64,000 bases of DNA, taken from NCBI GenBank assembly GCA_964106645.2, contig OZ067040.1; one strand, 5' to 3'. Made by a program: the position numbers and the translations under genes. The number at the start of each line of letters is the position of its first letter. Positions within the stretch are counted from its first letter, which is position 1. The DNA comes from Podarcis pityusensis (Eukaryota). Below are positions 36,000 through 47,964 of this stretch, one piece after another. Below the pieces are notes generated by a model. It made no database searches. It had not been told where the DNA came from and worked only from the letters and a program-made list of their open reading frames with translations.

Positions 36000-38900
36000 A
36001 TTTAGACAAATATAAAGTTTTTTCCCCATCAAATTTGGGTTGAGTTCTGGTGACATTTTTTCTGGCTTAGAGGAGCTGCTGCTTCCTGTGCAGCAAAGGA
36101 CCCCCACCCCCACCCCCACCCCCATATCTGGCTTTGGGTGCATTTGTGCTAGCAAGTTGCACATGTTTCCAGAAGTTGCGTACAAACTGCATTAATCCTG
36201 TGGACTCACTGGGTGATTTGAGGCAAGACACTTTGTCCCTCACCAGTAAAAAGTCAATATTAATTATTTAACTTGCAAAGTATTGTAAGGATGAGTATCT
36301 AGAAGAATTGTAAATAACTTTCAAAATGAAAAGAACTATAAATATGTTTTAGTAACAAGCTTGAGTCCTTTTTTGCACATCACAGACAGTGCCCAGCAGT
36401 GAGTGCTTCTTAACTTTGTGTCTTAGCAGAGCAGAAATACAAATTACTAACAAAAAATATCATACAGAATTATGCACTGTGTTCAAAGTGTTTATTTGCA
36501 TAGTTTCTGGGATGTTCATGCATCCCTGTTTAGTAACTGGTGGCCAGAAACCAAAGATATTTAGATTACTCACTACCTCTCATTTCCTTTTTTCATTTCC
36601 CTGTGCTTTGAAAGCCCTGAACGTATTTCTGTTACTAAATACCAAGCACCTTTAATATACTGTCAAGTAACAATCTCTCCAGCGTATTATATCATATAGG
36701 AACTGTTGGGCTAGATCAGTTCAGATGGTGCAGTTCTCTGTGTTCAAAAGAGGCCAGGCGGATGCCTCTGAGAGGTTCACAACCTTTAGCTGTTTGTAAT
36801 AAACTTGTACTCCAGTTTCTAGCCGAGATAGACAGGTACTCCAGTCTCTGCAGTGATGGGCAAGAATGTCCAGCACCCAACTGTTTAACAATAGTAGCAA
36901 CAAAATGATCCCTTGAACACTCTGCTGCTACCCTAAGTTATATATTGCTAAAATGAAGAAAGCTTGAGATAACAAGGAGTGGATTTCTGTCTGGAAGCAG
37001 TGGGAGATTTATTCAGTTCTGGTACTGACAACAAATTGTTTTGCTCTACATTATTCAATCTTGCTCCAGCTTCAAGCATGTGGATCTTGGGGTGCTAGTA
37101 AAATACCAAGTAGATCTTGTAAGCCTGCAGTCTGCCCACTGCTGCTCTAGCTTGCTGCAGCTCCTGTTATTATTGGTCCCACTTTTCCAGATTGAAAACT
37201 GAGGAGAAGAAGGACTTTTTTAAATTTAATTTAATTTACATACTACCCTATACCTGGAGGTCTCAGGGTGGTTCACAGAATAAAATCAAAATATAAAACC
37301 ACAAAATACATAATCAAAATTAAAACAACAACCCAATACCTTGCCCCCCCCAAAGAAACCCACATTTTAAAAGGGCATAGGATGTCAATAAAATCAACCA
37401 AAGGCCTGGTTAAAAAGGAATGTTTTTGCCTGGCGCCTAAAGGTGTATAAGTTCACTCAAGGGGCTTGTGAGTGAGCTGGAGTTTGTAACGTACAACATG
37501 CCTTGAGGAGTACAGGAGTAGCTTATTGAGGAGCAGGAGGGACAGAGAAAAATAATGGAGATAGAGCCAGGGGTAAATGGATGAAGAATGGGTGTATGTT
37601 TCAGATGAAGGGTTTGAAGGTGGTAAGAGTAGTGGTGTCGTGCAGGTGTTCAATAAGACAGCTGAAGCTGCTGTATCTAGAGCAAAGGTATGAAGATCAT
37701 TGGCAGGATTGTAAAGAGATAAACAACTACCTGACATTTAGAAGATATCTGAAGGCAGCCATGTTCAGGGAAGTTTTTAATGTGTGACATTTTAATGTAT
37801 TTTTAATCTTTGTTGGAAGCCACCCAGAGTGGCTGGGGAAACCCAGCCAGATGGGCGGGGTACAAATAATAAATTATTATTATTATTATTATCATCATCA
37901 TCATCATCATCATCATCATTAATTCTCCCACATAAATTATGGGGTGTAAAAACCATGCAATCCTGGCCCTCCTGCCCAATTCACAGAGGACTATCAGAAA
38001 ATGTGAGCTGACCTAATAGGGCACTCCAACTCTGTGGCAACCTCCCAGACACATGGAGCCAGTCCGTCAAACTCCAGTAACTGTTGCTGTTTTCTGGCTC
38101 AGAACATGTGGGGGAATTGTGGCAAACTTGCCCACAAGGTCACTACGTTGTGTTGTCCTATCAAGGCTCCTTACTGAAAAACCATTCTACCTTTGAGCAA
38201 GGGATCACAGGCGAACGCTCCTTAGGGTGGCTTTTATTCCCACATAGATTTTCTTTTTTAAATAATATTTATTAAGTTTTCCATTTTAATAATCCAATAA
38301 AAACCACATTAAAACATTCCAAATTACAGTACAATAAAAAAATCCAAATATAAATGCCAAATTATATATCTTTGGGTGACTTCCCATGCTCTGAATTTCA
38401 TGAAGTGCTGATCGTCTAATATCACATTGCATTTCTTAGTTAGTCAATAAACCATTCCGATGTTAATCCTTCATTTAATTTAAGTCCCACATAGATTATG
38501 TCCTGTCTGCCTTCTCCACTGCTAGTGGACTGCAGACTGTCTTTATAAGTTTCCTACTCCTAGTATTCTTTCTGGAGTGAAGTGTTACCTTTGTGTCAAT
38601 TCTTTGTGTGTTTGCACTTTTAATGTATGGGAAAGTACTTAAGGAGTCATTTCTAGCTAATTTCATTTTCATTTTATTATTACAACAATATCAACTTTTT
38701 TTTAATGCTTTTAACGTAATCATCACATTTCTTATAATTTCTTATTTCTTACTGAGTTTGACCCAACAGTGAAAGTTCTTGTTTTGCAGCAGGTGGGATT
38801 TCCACTTCTTTGTTTCTGGCTTAGCTTTTTTTTCGCTTGCTAGGTTTCTGTTGACAGGAAAGCATGTAGTTGCAACTTCACAAAGTGAAAACTAGGGCTG

Positions 38901-40206
38901 AGCTGGAACTTCTTGCATGCTTTTGCTTTTGCTGAGGTCAGCTGAGCGAGTTGTGCAGTCCCCTAGCTAGCTGGGAAACGGCCAAATCGCATGGGGAGTC
39001 TTGAGGCACGAATATTTTCTTTTCATGAGCCTGTTCATGGATTCAGAGAAATGGTCCACCCTGTTGAAAGGGCAAGATTCAGCACAATAATGCACCAAAT
39101 CCACAAAACGCAGCTGAGGGCCTTTAAGAAAAGAGCCTGTTGCAATTATGGCAATCGTCTTGATTTCTGTTGAACAGCTGTTATCCAAAAAGCAGCAAGT
39201 GCACAGGCTTACGTTTGCCCCCAAAGAAAGCTGCAAAGATTTGCCCTCTTGAGGGCTTTGCACGAAATCCATTTGTCTACCAGTTGACAATGCAAATGTT
39301 GTTGCTTAGTGTCCTGGGCTGCAGCCGATGGCTGTATTTCGGGGGTTGTTTTGTGACGCTTGCCCCTTCTCTTTACAATCTCTGCCATTTGAGGATGCCT
39401 CGCCCAGCATTTGCTCACAGAACTGCTCTCGCAAGTTACTCTGTGAATTGGGAAAGGGTATTCATGAGTCAGAGTGGATTCACATTTTGTGCAGCAAACG
39501 TGTTTAACAACATTAAGTGTGAAGTGTGCATTTGTAAACACTCAGCGGACATGTGCTGAGGAACCTCTGTAGATCAGAGTTCCCAGCACCTGTTCACCTC
39601 AAGTCAGCGAGCTTAACAAACATGCGCCTGTGCTTTAGGAGGCTTCCTGATGCAAACACACTTTCCACATAAAAGGCAAGCTGACCCAATATTGCAAATG
39701 GGGCAATCTGATTTGCATAAATTGCATTGCTAGTAGAAATAAGTCTCTTAGCCCTGGCTCATATCTTTAGGAACCAATACCTATTTCCCCAGGGGCCTGA
39801 TTACATGACTTCTCTCTGCCTGAGTGAAATCATGTGAGGGGGCCTTTTGCAAGAATTGTATTTGCCTTGTTCATATGTTAACTTTACCTGCACAGTAGTA
39901 ACAGGCCACTGCACAGGGGAATTTGAAACGTTGCTTGGATTGAATGCTCACTGGGGCACAAGTTATTTCATGCATTACTCAGTTTTCTCCTATGTACACG
40001 TTTTGAGTTTAGGTCCTCTGTGCCTGTTATGTCTTGTACATGAAGTAATTATGCACTTATAAATGATCTCTAGTAATGAAATAAAACCACAACCATAATT
40101 GTGAAGCAGTCTTTACAATTCTGTTCCGTCGCAGGTAGACATTTAGTGGAACTCAATTAACATTTACCCCTTTTCAGTTTTAAAAGCTTTAAATAAATAA
40201 ATAAAT

Positions 40207-40254
<48 letters not shown>

Positions 40255-41017
40255 TGCCACGCCCTCGCCGGCCAGGACCAGGCTCAGGGTGGCTAACATC
40301 AAAACACACAATACATTAAAAACACAAAAATCGAACACTTGATTAAAATACAGCTTAAAATCAAATTAAGATCAGAATGGCAACACACGAATTATAACGA
40401 TAGGGGTTGGGAACATTAAGTGTGCACCAAGCCCCAACTCTTCCCATTTGTGTTATTTGTGTGAGTCTTAGCTATTTGTGCTGATTTTATATGAGCCGGT
40501 GGGAAAAGTTAGGGTTGTACTAGATAAATAAAGGTTATACTAGAGTTGGATTAAGCAGCTTTGTGTTTATGGCAAAGAAAGTATGATTTCAGGCAGGAAG
40601 TAAGCAACCTAGATTTATAACATGACAGTTTAATATCACAGGCTTGACTCAGAGAATCTTTTCAGAGGGCTTTCAAATAGCAAGCAAACAAACAAACAAA
40701 CCTAAACTTGTTATTATGCCTAATCTTGTAAATAAACCCACATACGGTAATTTACTAACCTATAAAAACTTGAATCAACCCACCTGTCCACATTGTACTT
40801 AGGCTAGTCATTTGTGATTTGTGACCGTGAGCAGTCTGTAATGTTACCCTGTCTGGTCAACAGGAAATGATAGTTACTTATCACAGAAAGCCATGTACAA
40901 GCATGCTTTCATTTTTTTATATACAGTATATTTTATAGCTTACATTTTAAGCCAGCTCTTTATCCAAGGAGCCCAGGCTCTCTTTCTGTCCATTGTATCC
41001 TCACAGCAATCAGGCAA

Positions 41018-41236
41018 AATAAAAAAAATCCTTCCAGTAGCACCTTTAAGACCAACTAAGTTAGTTCTTGGTATGAGCTTTCGTGTGAAAGCACACTTCT
41101 TCAGATACTAAAAGATACTAAGTGTGCTTGCACACGAAAGCTCATACCAAGAACTAACTTAGTTGGTCTTAAAGGTGCTACTGGAAGGATTTTTTTTATT
41201 TTGATTATGGCAGACCAACACGGCTACCTATCTGTA
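41018..41236. mobile_element. Short palindromic Penelope-like retroelement insertion
   Basis: 84-bp inverted arms; flanking direct repeat ACAGCAATCAGGCAA (41003-41017 and 41237-41251); hammerhead motif. Confidence 0.75.
41071..41108 (-). ncRNA. Minimal type I hammerhead ribozyme motif (Penelope-like element associated)
   Basis: Minus strand reads GUAU-CUGAAGA-A-GUGUG(cuuu)CACAC-GAAA-GC-UC|AUAC: helix I, full core, helix II and a palindromic AGCU in place of helix III. Confidence 0.7.
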
Positions 41237-41670
41237 ACAGCAATCAGGCAAGATACTGTGACCAGCTAAAGGATACATAGTCAACTTCATGGCTCAACTC
41301 AAATCTCCCTGGTCTAGTACAACTCTTGAACCACTATATCACATTGTTTCTTAACTTATGTGCTGAGTGAATAGGAGTTTGCTCAATTTCAAGAGATGCA
41401 TCCTGTACACGTTCATGGATTTTTTCCCCTCTTAAATTGTTCAGTAATCTGCCCAATGTAGAAAGATCACTGCCGAAACCTATTCGGTACCAATCCTTCA
41501 TGCTAAAAACTTTTGATGCTTTCTCAGTGAAATAAAGTATTTTAAAATGATGTGAAATAGTGGAGACTACCTGTAATAGTGCTCTTGTAATCCTTTTTTT
41601 GTACTTTGTTGTGGGCAAATGAATTTTCTCTCCCTTTTATAGGATATGAAATCATTTTGTTTCTTTGCAG

Positions 41671-41738
41671 ATTCTCGTATGGCCGACTTGAGGCTTTCAA
41701 CAAAAACTGCATCCAGGGACATTGGAGAATCGTTTAAG
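41671..41738 (+). CDS. NSL1: NSL1 exon 5 (SRMADLRLSTKTASRDIGESFK)
   Basis: 68 nt, strong acceptor and donor, phase fits, similar to MENLK...ISEAMK. Confidence 0.88.
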
Positions 41739-42279
41739 GTGAGAACTGGAAGGGGAAGCAAGAGCTACACAATCAGCTAGGAGCATTTATACTTATTTTC
41801 AGACACTGCCATAGAACAGTGCTGAAGCAGAAACCTAGGAAATAAGACTGACCTCTTTAATTATTATATACAAATCTGTCATTTTATTAGGTAAGGTAAG
41901 ATTGTTCATTTGGACACAACTGAGCTAAGGTAGAAGGCTTCAAAATTCTCTGAGTTTCAGGGAGACAACTTTATTTTATTAATTTCCTGCAGTAGTTTCT
42001 AGTTCTCCAAAATGGCCCTGTTCTCCCTGCTGCATTTAGCATTTCAGCTAGACACTAAAGGTGTCTTAGCTCCTTGGGATTTACTGTCCCATGTTCATTG
42101 CTGGCCTGGTAAGTTTATGAGTGAGTTAATTTGCATGGTAATTATATCCTCCTGTGGGTCACCTCTATCATTAGTAAGCCACTAGTCCTATATTTTTACA
42201 CGGAATAAATTAAAAAGTATGTTCTTTCAGCTTCAGTCTTCTAAATCTAAAATAATAATCATGTATGCTCTTATGTATT

Positions 42280-42650
42280 GGGACGCGGGTGGCGCTGTGG
42301 GTTAAACGACAGCACCTAGGACTTGCCGATCGGAAGGTCGGCGGTTCGAATCCCCGCGACAGGGTGAGCTCCCGTTGCTCAGTCCCTGCTCCTGCCAACC
42401 TAGCATTTTGAAAGCACATCAAAGTGCAAGTAGATAAATAGGTACCGCTCTGGCGGGAAGGTAAACGGCATTTCCATGTGCTGCTCTGGTTCGCCAGAAG
42501 CGGCTTAGTCATGCTGGCCACATGACCCAGAAAAACTGTCTGCGGAAGCGGACAAACGCCGGCTCTCTTGGCCAGTAAAGCGAGATGAGCACTGCAACCC
42601 CAGAGTCGGTCATGACTGGACCTAACGGTCAGGGTTCCCTTTACCTTTAC
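42280..42650 (+). mobile_element. Full-length Sauria SINE
   Basis: GGGACGCGGGTGGCGCTGTGG head, B box GGTTCGAATCC, (ACCTTT)n tail, TSD CTTATGTRTT. Confidence 0.92.
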
Positions 42651-43260
42651 CTTATGTGTTGGACATTTAGTATTTATAACAGATTAGATAACAAATAGAA
42701 GCTAAATTAACTCCCTTCTGGCTTAGCTCTTTGCCACTAAACAGTAGGTGAAATGGAATTTGTAGGAGGCGAAATGGAATTTACATGTTTTGGGTTGTAT
42801 CCAACTAAGGTTTTTTCAAAGTAGACACATTGAAATTAATGAGCCTAAATTAACAGATATCATTAATGTCATTGAGTCTACTTGGAGTAGGAATAACATT
42901 GGATACAAGCCCTTTGTCTTTAAACATTTGAATGTTTTGAGCAGAGTTTTATAGCAGGGCCTCTGTGCTCTTGTTGTTTGACCATGGTGTAGTGCAGTGT
43001 GGGAAATAAGATACATTATTAAGGTAATGGGGTCAAAGATAAAAGTAGGCAATCGTTTTTGCAACTCTAGAAGATGTGAAACATTCTTTTGAGCCTTTGC
43101 AAATGAATGCTGAAATTGTGAATCAGTATCAGTGAAGGTTTTGGCATCCATGGTGGGCGCGTTAATCTTTGAATCTGATTGTTGTTGAGTTTGCAGTACT
43201 GCAATTCATACTTGTATCTTTTTCACTAACTTAAAACCTGTTCTGTTCTCCCCACCCCAG

Positions 43261-43536
43261 TCTCTGTCATCCCTTGTAGAAAAAGCAGAGGGTTTCTCAA
43301 AAGCATTGTCTATGCAACCAACTTTGGGATTATGCAAACTCCATCAAGAAATCTGTTCTGGCTCAGAAGTGAAAAAGGCGGATAACATTGAAGTCAAAGA
43401 TCTTTTGTCGCAAGTGGAAGTCACACCCCCAGAAAGTGGTACCAGTAATTCCATTCTACTGAAAAAAAAGAGACGATCTTATTCCCCACAGAAACACTAC
43501 CCACTTCGAGCAGGTGTAATTAATCTTGATACATGA
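43261..43536 (+). CDS. NSL1: NSL1 exon 6 (SLSSLVEKAEGFS...YPLRAGVINLDT*)
   Basis: Matches the human C-terminus YPLRPKKINLDT; total CDS 792 nt = 263 aa. Confidence 0.95.
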   Translation, partial: SLSSLVEKAEGFSKALSMQPTLGLCKLHQEICSGSEVKKADNIEVKDLLSQVEVTPPESGTSNSILLKKKRRSYSPQKHYPLRAGVINLDT

Positions 43537-46524
43537 AAACCTTTTTGTGGGGGACTACTGTGTAGTCTCCCCTGTCCCTGAATCTGTCCACATAAACATA
43601 GACTGGTTCGCAAAAGCATCAGTAGTGATGTCGCCTGGAATCCATACCACCAAACCGATCTTATCTGGAAGTTACAGAGTTTTGTTGTTGGGTCCTCTCA
43701 TATAGCTCTGAATACTTCGCTGGACCATTTCTTACTAATTTTGAGCATTGTTCTTTAAAACCTGAGGCTGCTATGCTTTTGCTGTATTATAGCAGACTGA
43801 TCCAGCTACAACGTCTTGAGCTGCTTACAACTTCTGAATGGCCTGGGATCTCCAGGGCGTACGTGCAGGAAGCTGTGCTCTAGTAAAGCTCAGTTCAAGC
43901 AGAAGACTCCATGCTATGGGGAGCAAAGAAGAAAGCTAAAAAAACAAAACCTTGCTGCAGACGTCCAAGACACAGAAGGGCTGGTGGATCACAGCAACAG
44001 TTTGCAATTGTGTGTCAGTATTGCTTCAGGATATAGTTTATTTGCACAGGTTTGTTGCGAACATCAGGAGATAGGTGCAGGCAGAACTGGATGTTTGGTT
44101 GCAGAATCAGTCTCCACTAAACATCTAGGAAATGATGGAGGAAGGATCCAGTTTGGAGGTTGGCAGGAGTGTTTGAGCCATTCCACACTTGCTTCTTCTC
44201 CTCTGCATTCCCTTTCCCAACTGCTTTTCTCCTAGTTACAGAACTAATGCACTGAGGATTCCTGCTGGGCAAAGGTTATGTAGGGGACGAATAGCAAGTG
44301 AGGAAACAACTAAGGATCTGTTGCATGCCCACCATTTCTTCTTTCCAAAACTGTTTAAATGTTTAATGGCGACGCAGGTACCAAAACATAGGTCTGCCAC
44401 CAGATGTGTTGTTTTGTCCTGAAAAGTAACCTGGAATATATGCAACATTTGGAATTGTAAGGGAATTCTTGGCTTGCATGTATTGTGACATCTTGAGACA
44501 GTGTTCATTATGGTGTGTTTATACGTCTGGCCTTAACCTTCTTATGGTCTCTTGAGTACTGCCCTCATCTGTACCTCAAGCGTACAAGGTTTAGGATTAC
44601 TAATCCATGTAGTAGATTGAAAGTGTTTAGATCACAGTATAAATCTAGAATTCTCATAAGTTAATTTTGAGCCATGCTGCTTTTCTGTCAAACTTGCCAG
44701 TACATCTTTGTTTGCTGTTCTCACAAAAAGTGGAAGAGATGGCCTCTTTTAGGGGTCTCTTTAGAACACAGTGCCTGATCATAGATGGGCAGTTTGACTG
44801 CTGATCACCTAAAGCCAGAGGGGAATGTACTTTTGAGTTGCATCTGCCTGCTGAAAGGAGTGGAGTGAGCTGAAACAGAATTGTTTGTTCTGAACCTGGC
44901 AGCGTATATTCAAGGAGAGCTGTAAAAAAGCTATTTTGAATTTGGGGGTACAGGACTTGTATGCATGCTTGCTTTGCCACAGAATGCTTGGTCAGTGTGT
45001 ACATTAGTACATACATTACTCCACTTACTTAGCTTCCCCTGCCTGTGAAATTCCCACCATTTCGGAAACAATATATATACAGTTTAAAACAAGACTACAT
45101 TGGTGAGGCTTATTTATGAAGTACCTAAATCAATGTTATTATCAGGTATTGTTTTCTTTTTTCCAAGTTGAAATTTACTTAGAATTACATTTTTTTCCTG
45201 AAAATGGAGGAAAAATGCTTGCCTCAATGTTAATTATTGTGGGGTGAATCCATCTAAATCATATTTGGAGTAGATTCATTAAAATCAATGGATTTAAGCT
45301 AATCATGTTTATTTCAATGGGTTTACTCTAAATATGACCTAGTTGGAGTCCATCCTGTTTCTTTTAAAAAAATATTCATTAAACAGTCTGGCCAAAATAC
45401 TAGGAGTGGTATCTGAATGGTTGGTAGTCGGTAGACATGCCCATTAATGTCAATAGGTCTCCTCTTAAGTATGTCTAACATACTTAACATCACCCTAGAA
45501 ACATATTTAACTCTGCTCTTGAAATTCTATTTTTAAAGATTGTGCTTGTGGAATAGGCCTTGCACAGTGAACATGTACACTTGCCTTGTCTCCTTTGTAA
45601 AATGTATATTTGTATATAAAATACATTTTTTGTACACCACATTCATCAAAATGAGATTTCTGGATTTTTGGTTTAGATTTATGCTCAATTTTTTGCTTGC
45701 TTTACCAGTTTTTTTTTTGTTTTGTTTTTTGCAAAGCAGTTCTGAGTCATGTTTTCAAAACAGTTGCAATTCAAGTGCGTCTGAAATGCTATATGCAGTG
45801 GGACTTGGTGCTACTTTTTTTGCATAAAGAAATTGTCATTATAAATTAGGAAATGGATAGTCAGGATCCAAACAACTACAAACTAGTTATGCATATACAA
45901 GGTGGCTGGCTTGAGTTTTTCTTCCCTCAATACCACATGGAAAATCTCTTTTGAAATGGAGCTCTGTCCAAAACATTTTTAGAGAATAGGGGTCTGTTGA
46001 TCAGAGCAAAACTTAACAAGCATCCCTTAAAGTAGATATTAAAAACCCAGCCATGTTTCAAATCCACCCATTATGAAGTTTTACGTTTTACATTTGGATG
46101 ATCATTTAAACATACTTTCAGTACCGATCAGTCCTGTCATTACACAGATAAGAGTAGTAATTTCCCTCCTTGTAGTAATTTCTCTTGTCCATAATTTTAT
46201 TAATAATACATTGTTTTTGTGGTTTGCTTTGGGACCTGTATTTGGTAATCTAGGTGCTTTTCTTTGTTCTTGTCTTTCTGCAATTAGGAGAAATAATTAC
46301 TTATTCTGATTCTGTTTTCAAAATGCCTAAAACAGAACAACTTGGGGTCCAAAAGTAGTTGTGCGCCCATTCATTTTGAAAACGAGCAGTATGACTTGTC
46401 AGTATTTCTGACATAATGGAGATGCTCCTCATCTGTGCATAAAATTAGTATTATAACCTGAACAGTTCCATCTCATGATACCATCTGCACAGCACAAGAC
46501 TTTTGGTTTCTCTTCCCTCTAGCC

Positions 46525-46770
46525 CAGGGGGCAGCAAACTTTTTCAGCAGTGGGCCGGTCCATTGTCCCTCAGACCTTGTGGGGGGCCGGACTATATTTG
46601 GGGGGGGTGAACGAATTCCTATGCCCCACAAATAACCCCAAGATGCATTTTAAATAAAAGGACACATTCTACTCATGTAAAACCACGCCGATTCCTGGAC
46701 CGTCTGCGGGCCAGATTGAGAAGGCGATTGGGCCAGATCTGGCCCCTCGGCCTTAGCTTGCCTACCCATG
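46525..46770. mobile_element. hAT MITE (MER30/Charlie-like)
   Basis: 8-bp TSD CTCTAGCC; TIR CAGGGG...CCCATG. Confidence 0.85.
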
Positions 46771-47127
46771 CTCTAGCCCACTGCAAGTATTCAAAATCAG
46801 CTCTAAAGGGTCCCCCCAGAACAGATGTGGGATATGTGAGGGGCTGTAGAGGAGAGAAAGGAGAAGCCCTATTGCAGAAGCAGACACTCGCTTGGATTAA
46901 TCGCTCTTACAGGAAATCCTATTGTTGTAAAAGTGAAATCTAAAATCTCCTTTTACTTGAAACGTTACAACATTCAACATTTTTATTTTTAACTTGGGCA
47001 TAAACTGGTGTTGCATCAGAAGGCGTCTGGCTGTTTTCTTAATATAGCTCATCAAGTTCTCCGAGGGACACCTAATAAAAAGACGGCTGCGTGATCCTTG
47101 TGTGCATCTGGGCTTGATAGTGTGGTA

Positions 47128-47964
47128 CAGTGGTGCCTCGCAAGACGAAATTAATTCGTTCTGCGAATTTTTTCATCTAGCGAATTTTTCGTCTTGCGAA
47201 GCACGAAATCCCATAGGAATGCATTGAAAATCAATTAATGCGTTCCTATGGTCAAAAAAAGTCCAAACAAAGCCAAATTTGGTACAACAAGAGTTTATTA
47301 AGTGCTCTTTAAAGTCACACATACTGTAAAGAGCATTTCAAAATTCAAACCCAGAATTTTTTTTTAAAAACAGCAGAGTTGCCCAATGGTCACAGAAAAT
47401 CATAAAAATGCAGGAAAAAAACCACAAGCTTCCAGATTCTTGCAAACCCCTCCCCAACTGTTCCCCCAGCCACCCAGCACACAGAAATTCAAATCCAGAA
47501 TTTTTTTAAAAAAACAGCAGAGTGGCCCAATGGTCACAGAAAATCATAAAAATGCAGAAAAAAACACACAAGCTTCCAGATTCTTGCAAACCCCTCCCCA
47601 ACATCAAGTCCTTGAATTCCAAACACCCCAACCCAAAATCCAAAACCCCCCAAAAAAGTTTTAAAAGCTTAACTTACCAAATGGCTGCAAAAGAAGTTTT
47701 GGAAAAGCTTCAAAAATCACCAAAGTCTTTAAAAACCTCAAAAAAGACTACTATGTACACTGCGTTCTATGAGTTGCTCCTCGAAGTCAAGTCGCAACTG
47801 TATTAACGGTGTTAAGAAAAAGGAAACAAACTTGCAAGACGTTTTCGTCTTGCGAAGCAAGCCCATAGGGAAAATCGTCTTGCGAAGCAGCTCAAAAAAC
47901 GGAAAACCCTTTCGTCTAGCGAGTTTTCCGTCTTGCGAGGCATTCGTCTTGCGGGGCACCACTG
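47128..47964. mobile_element. Non-autonomous Tc1/pogo (Tigger-like) element
   Basis: TIR CAGTGGTGCCTCGCAAGACGAA; TA TSD; subterminal TCGTCTTGCGA repeats; internal duplication. Confidence 0.85.

Noticed and set aside
35652-36185. 177-aa ORF as a domesticated transposase gene
   Set aside because: Only the C-terminal ~60 aa are transposase-like; the rest crosses the TIR into flanking DNA.
38967-39559. Cluster of 100-130-aa ORFs in NSL1 intron 4
   Set aside because: No recognisable homology or exon structure; more plausibly non-coding regulatory DNA.
45595-45650. NSL1 poly(A) site
   Set aside because: Only non-canonical TATAAA/AATACA hexamers; plausible but not supportable without transcript data.
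47128-47964. Short repeats with spacers resembling a CRISPR array
   Set aside because: Eukaryotic DNA; the repeats are irregular subterminal motifs of a TIR transposon.
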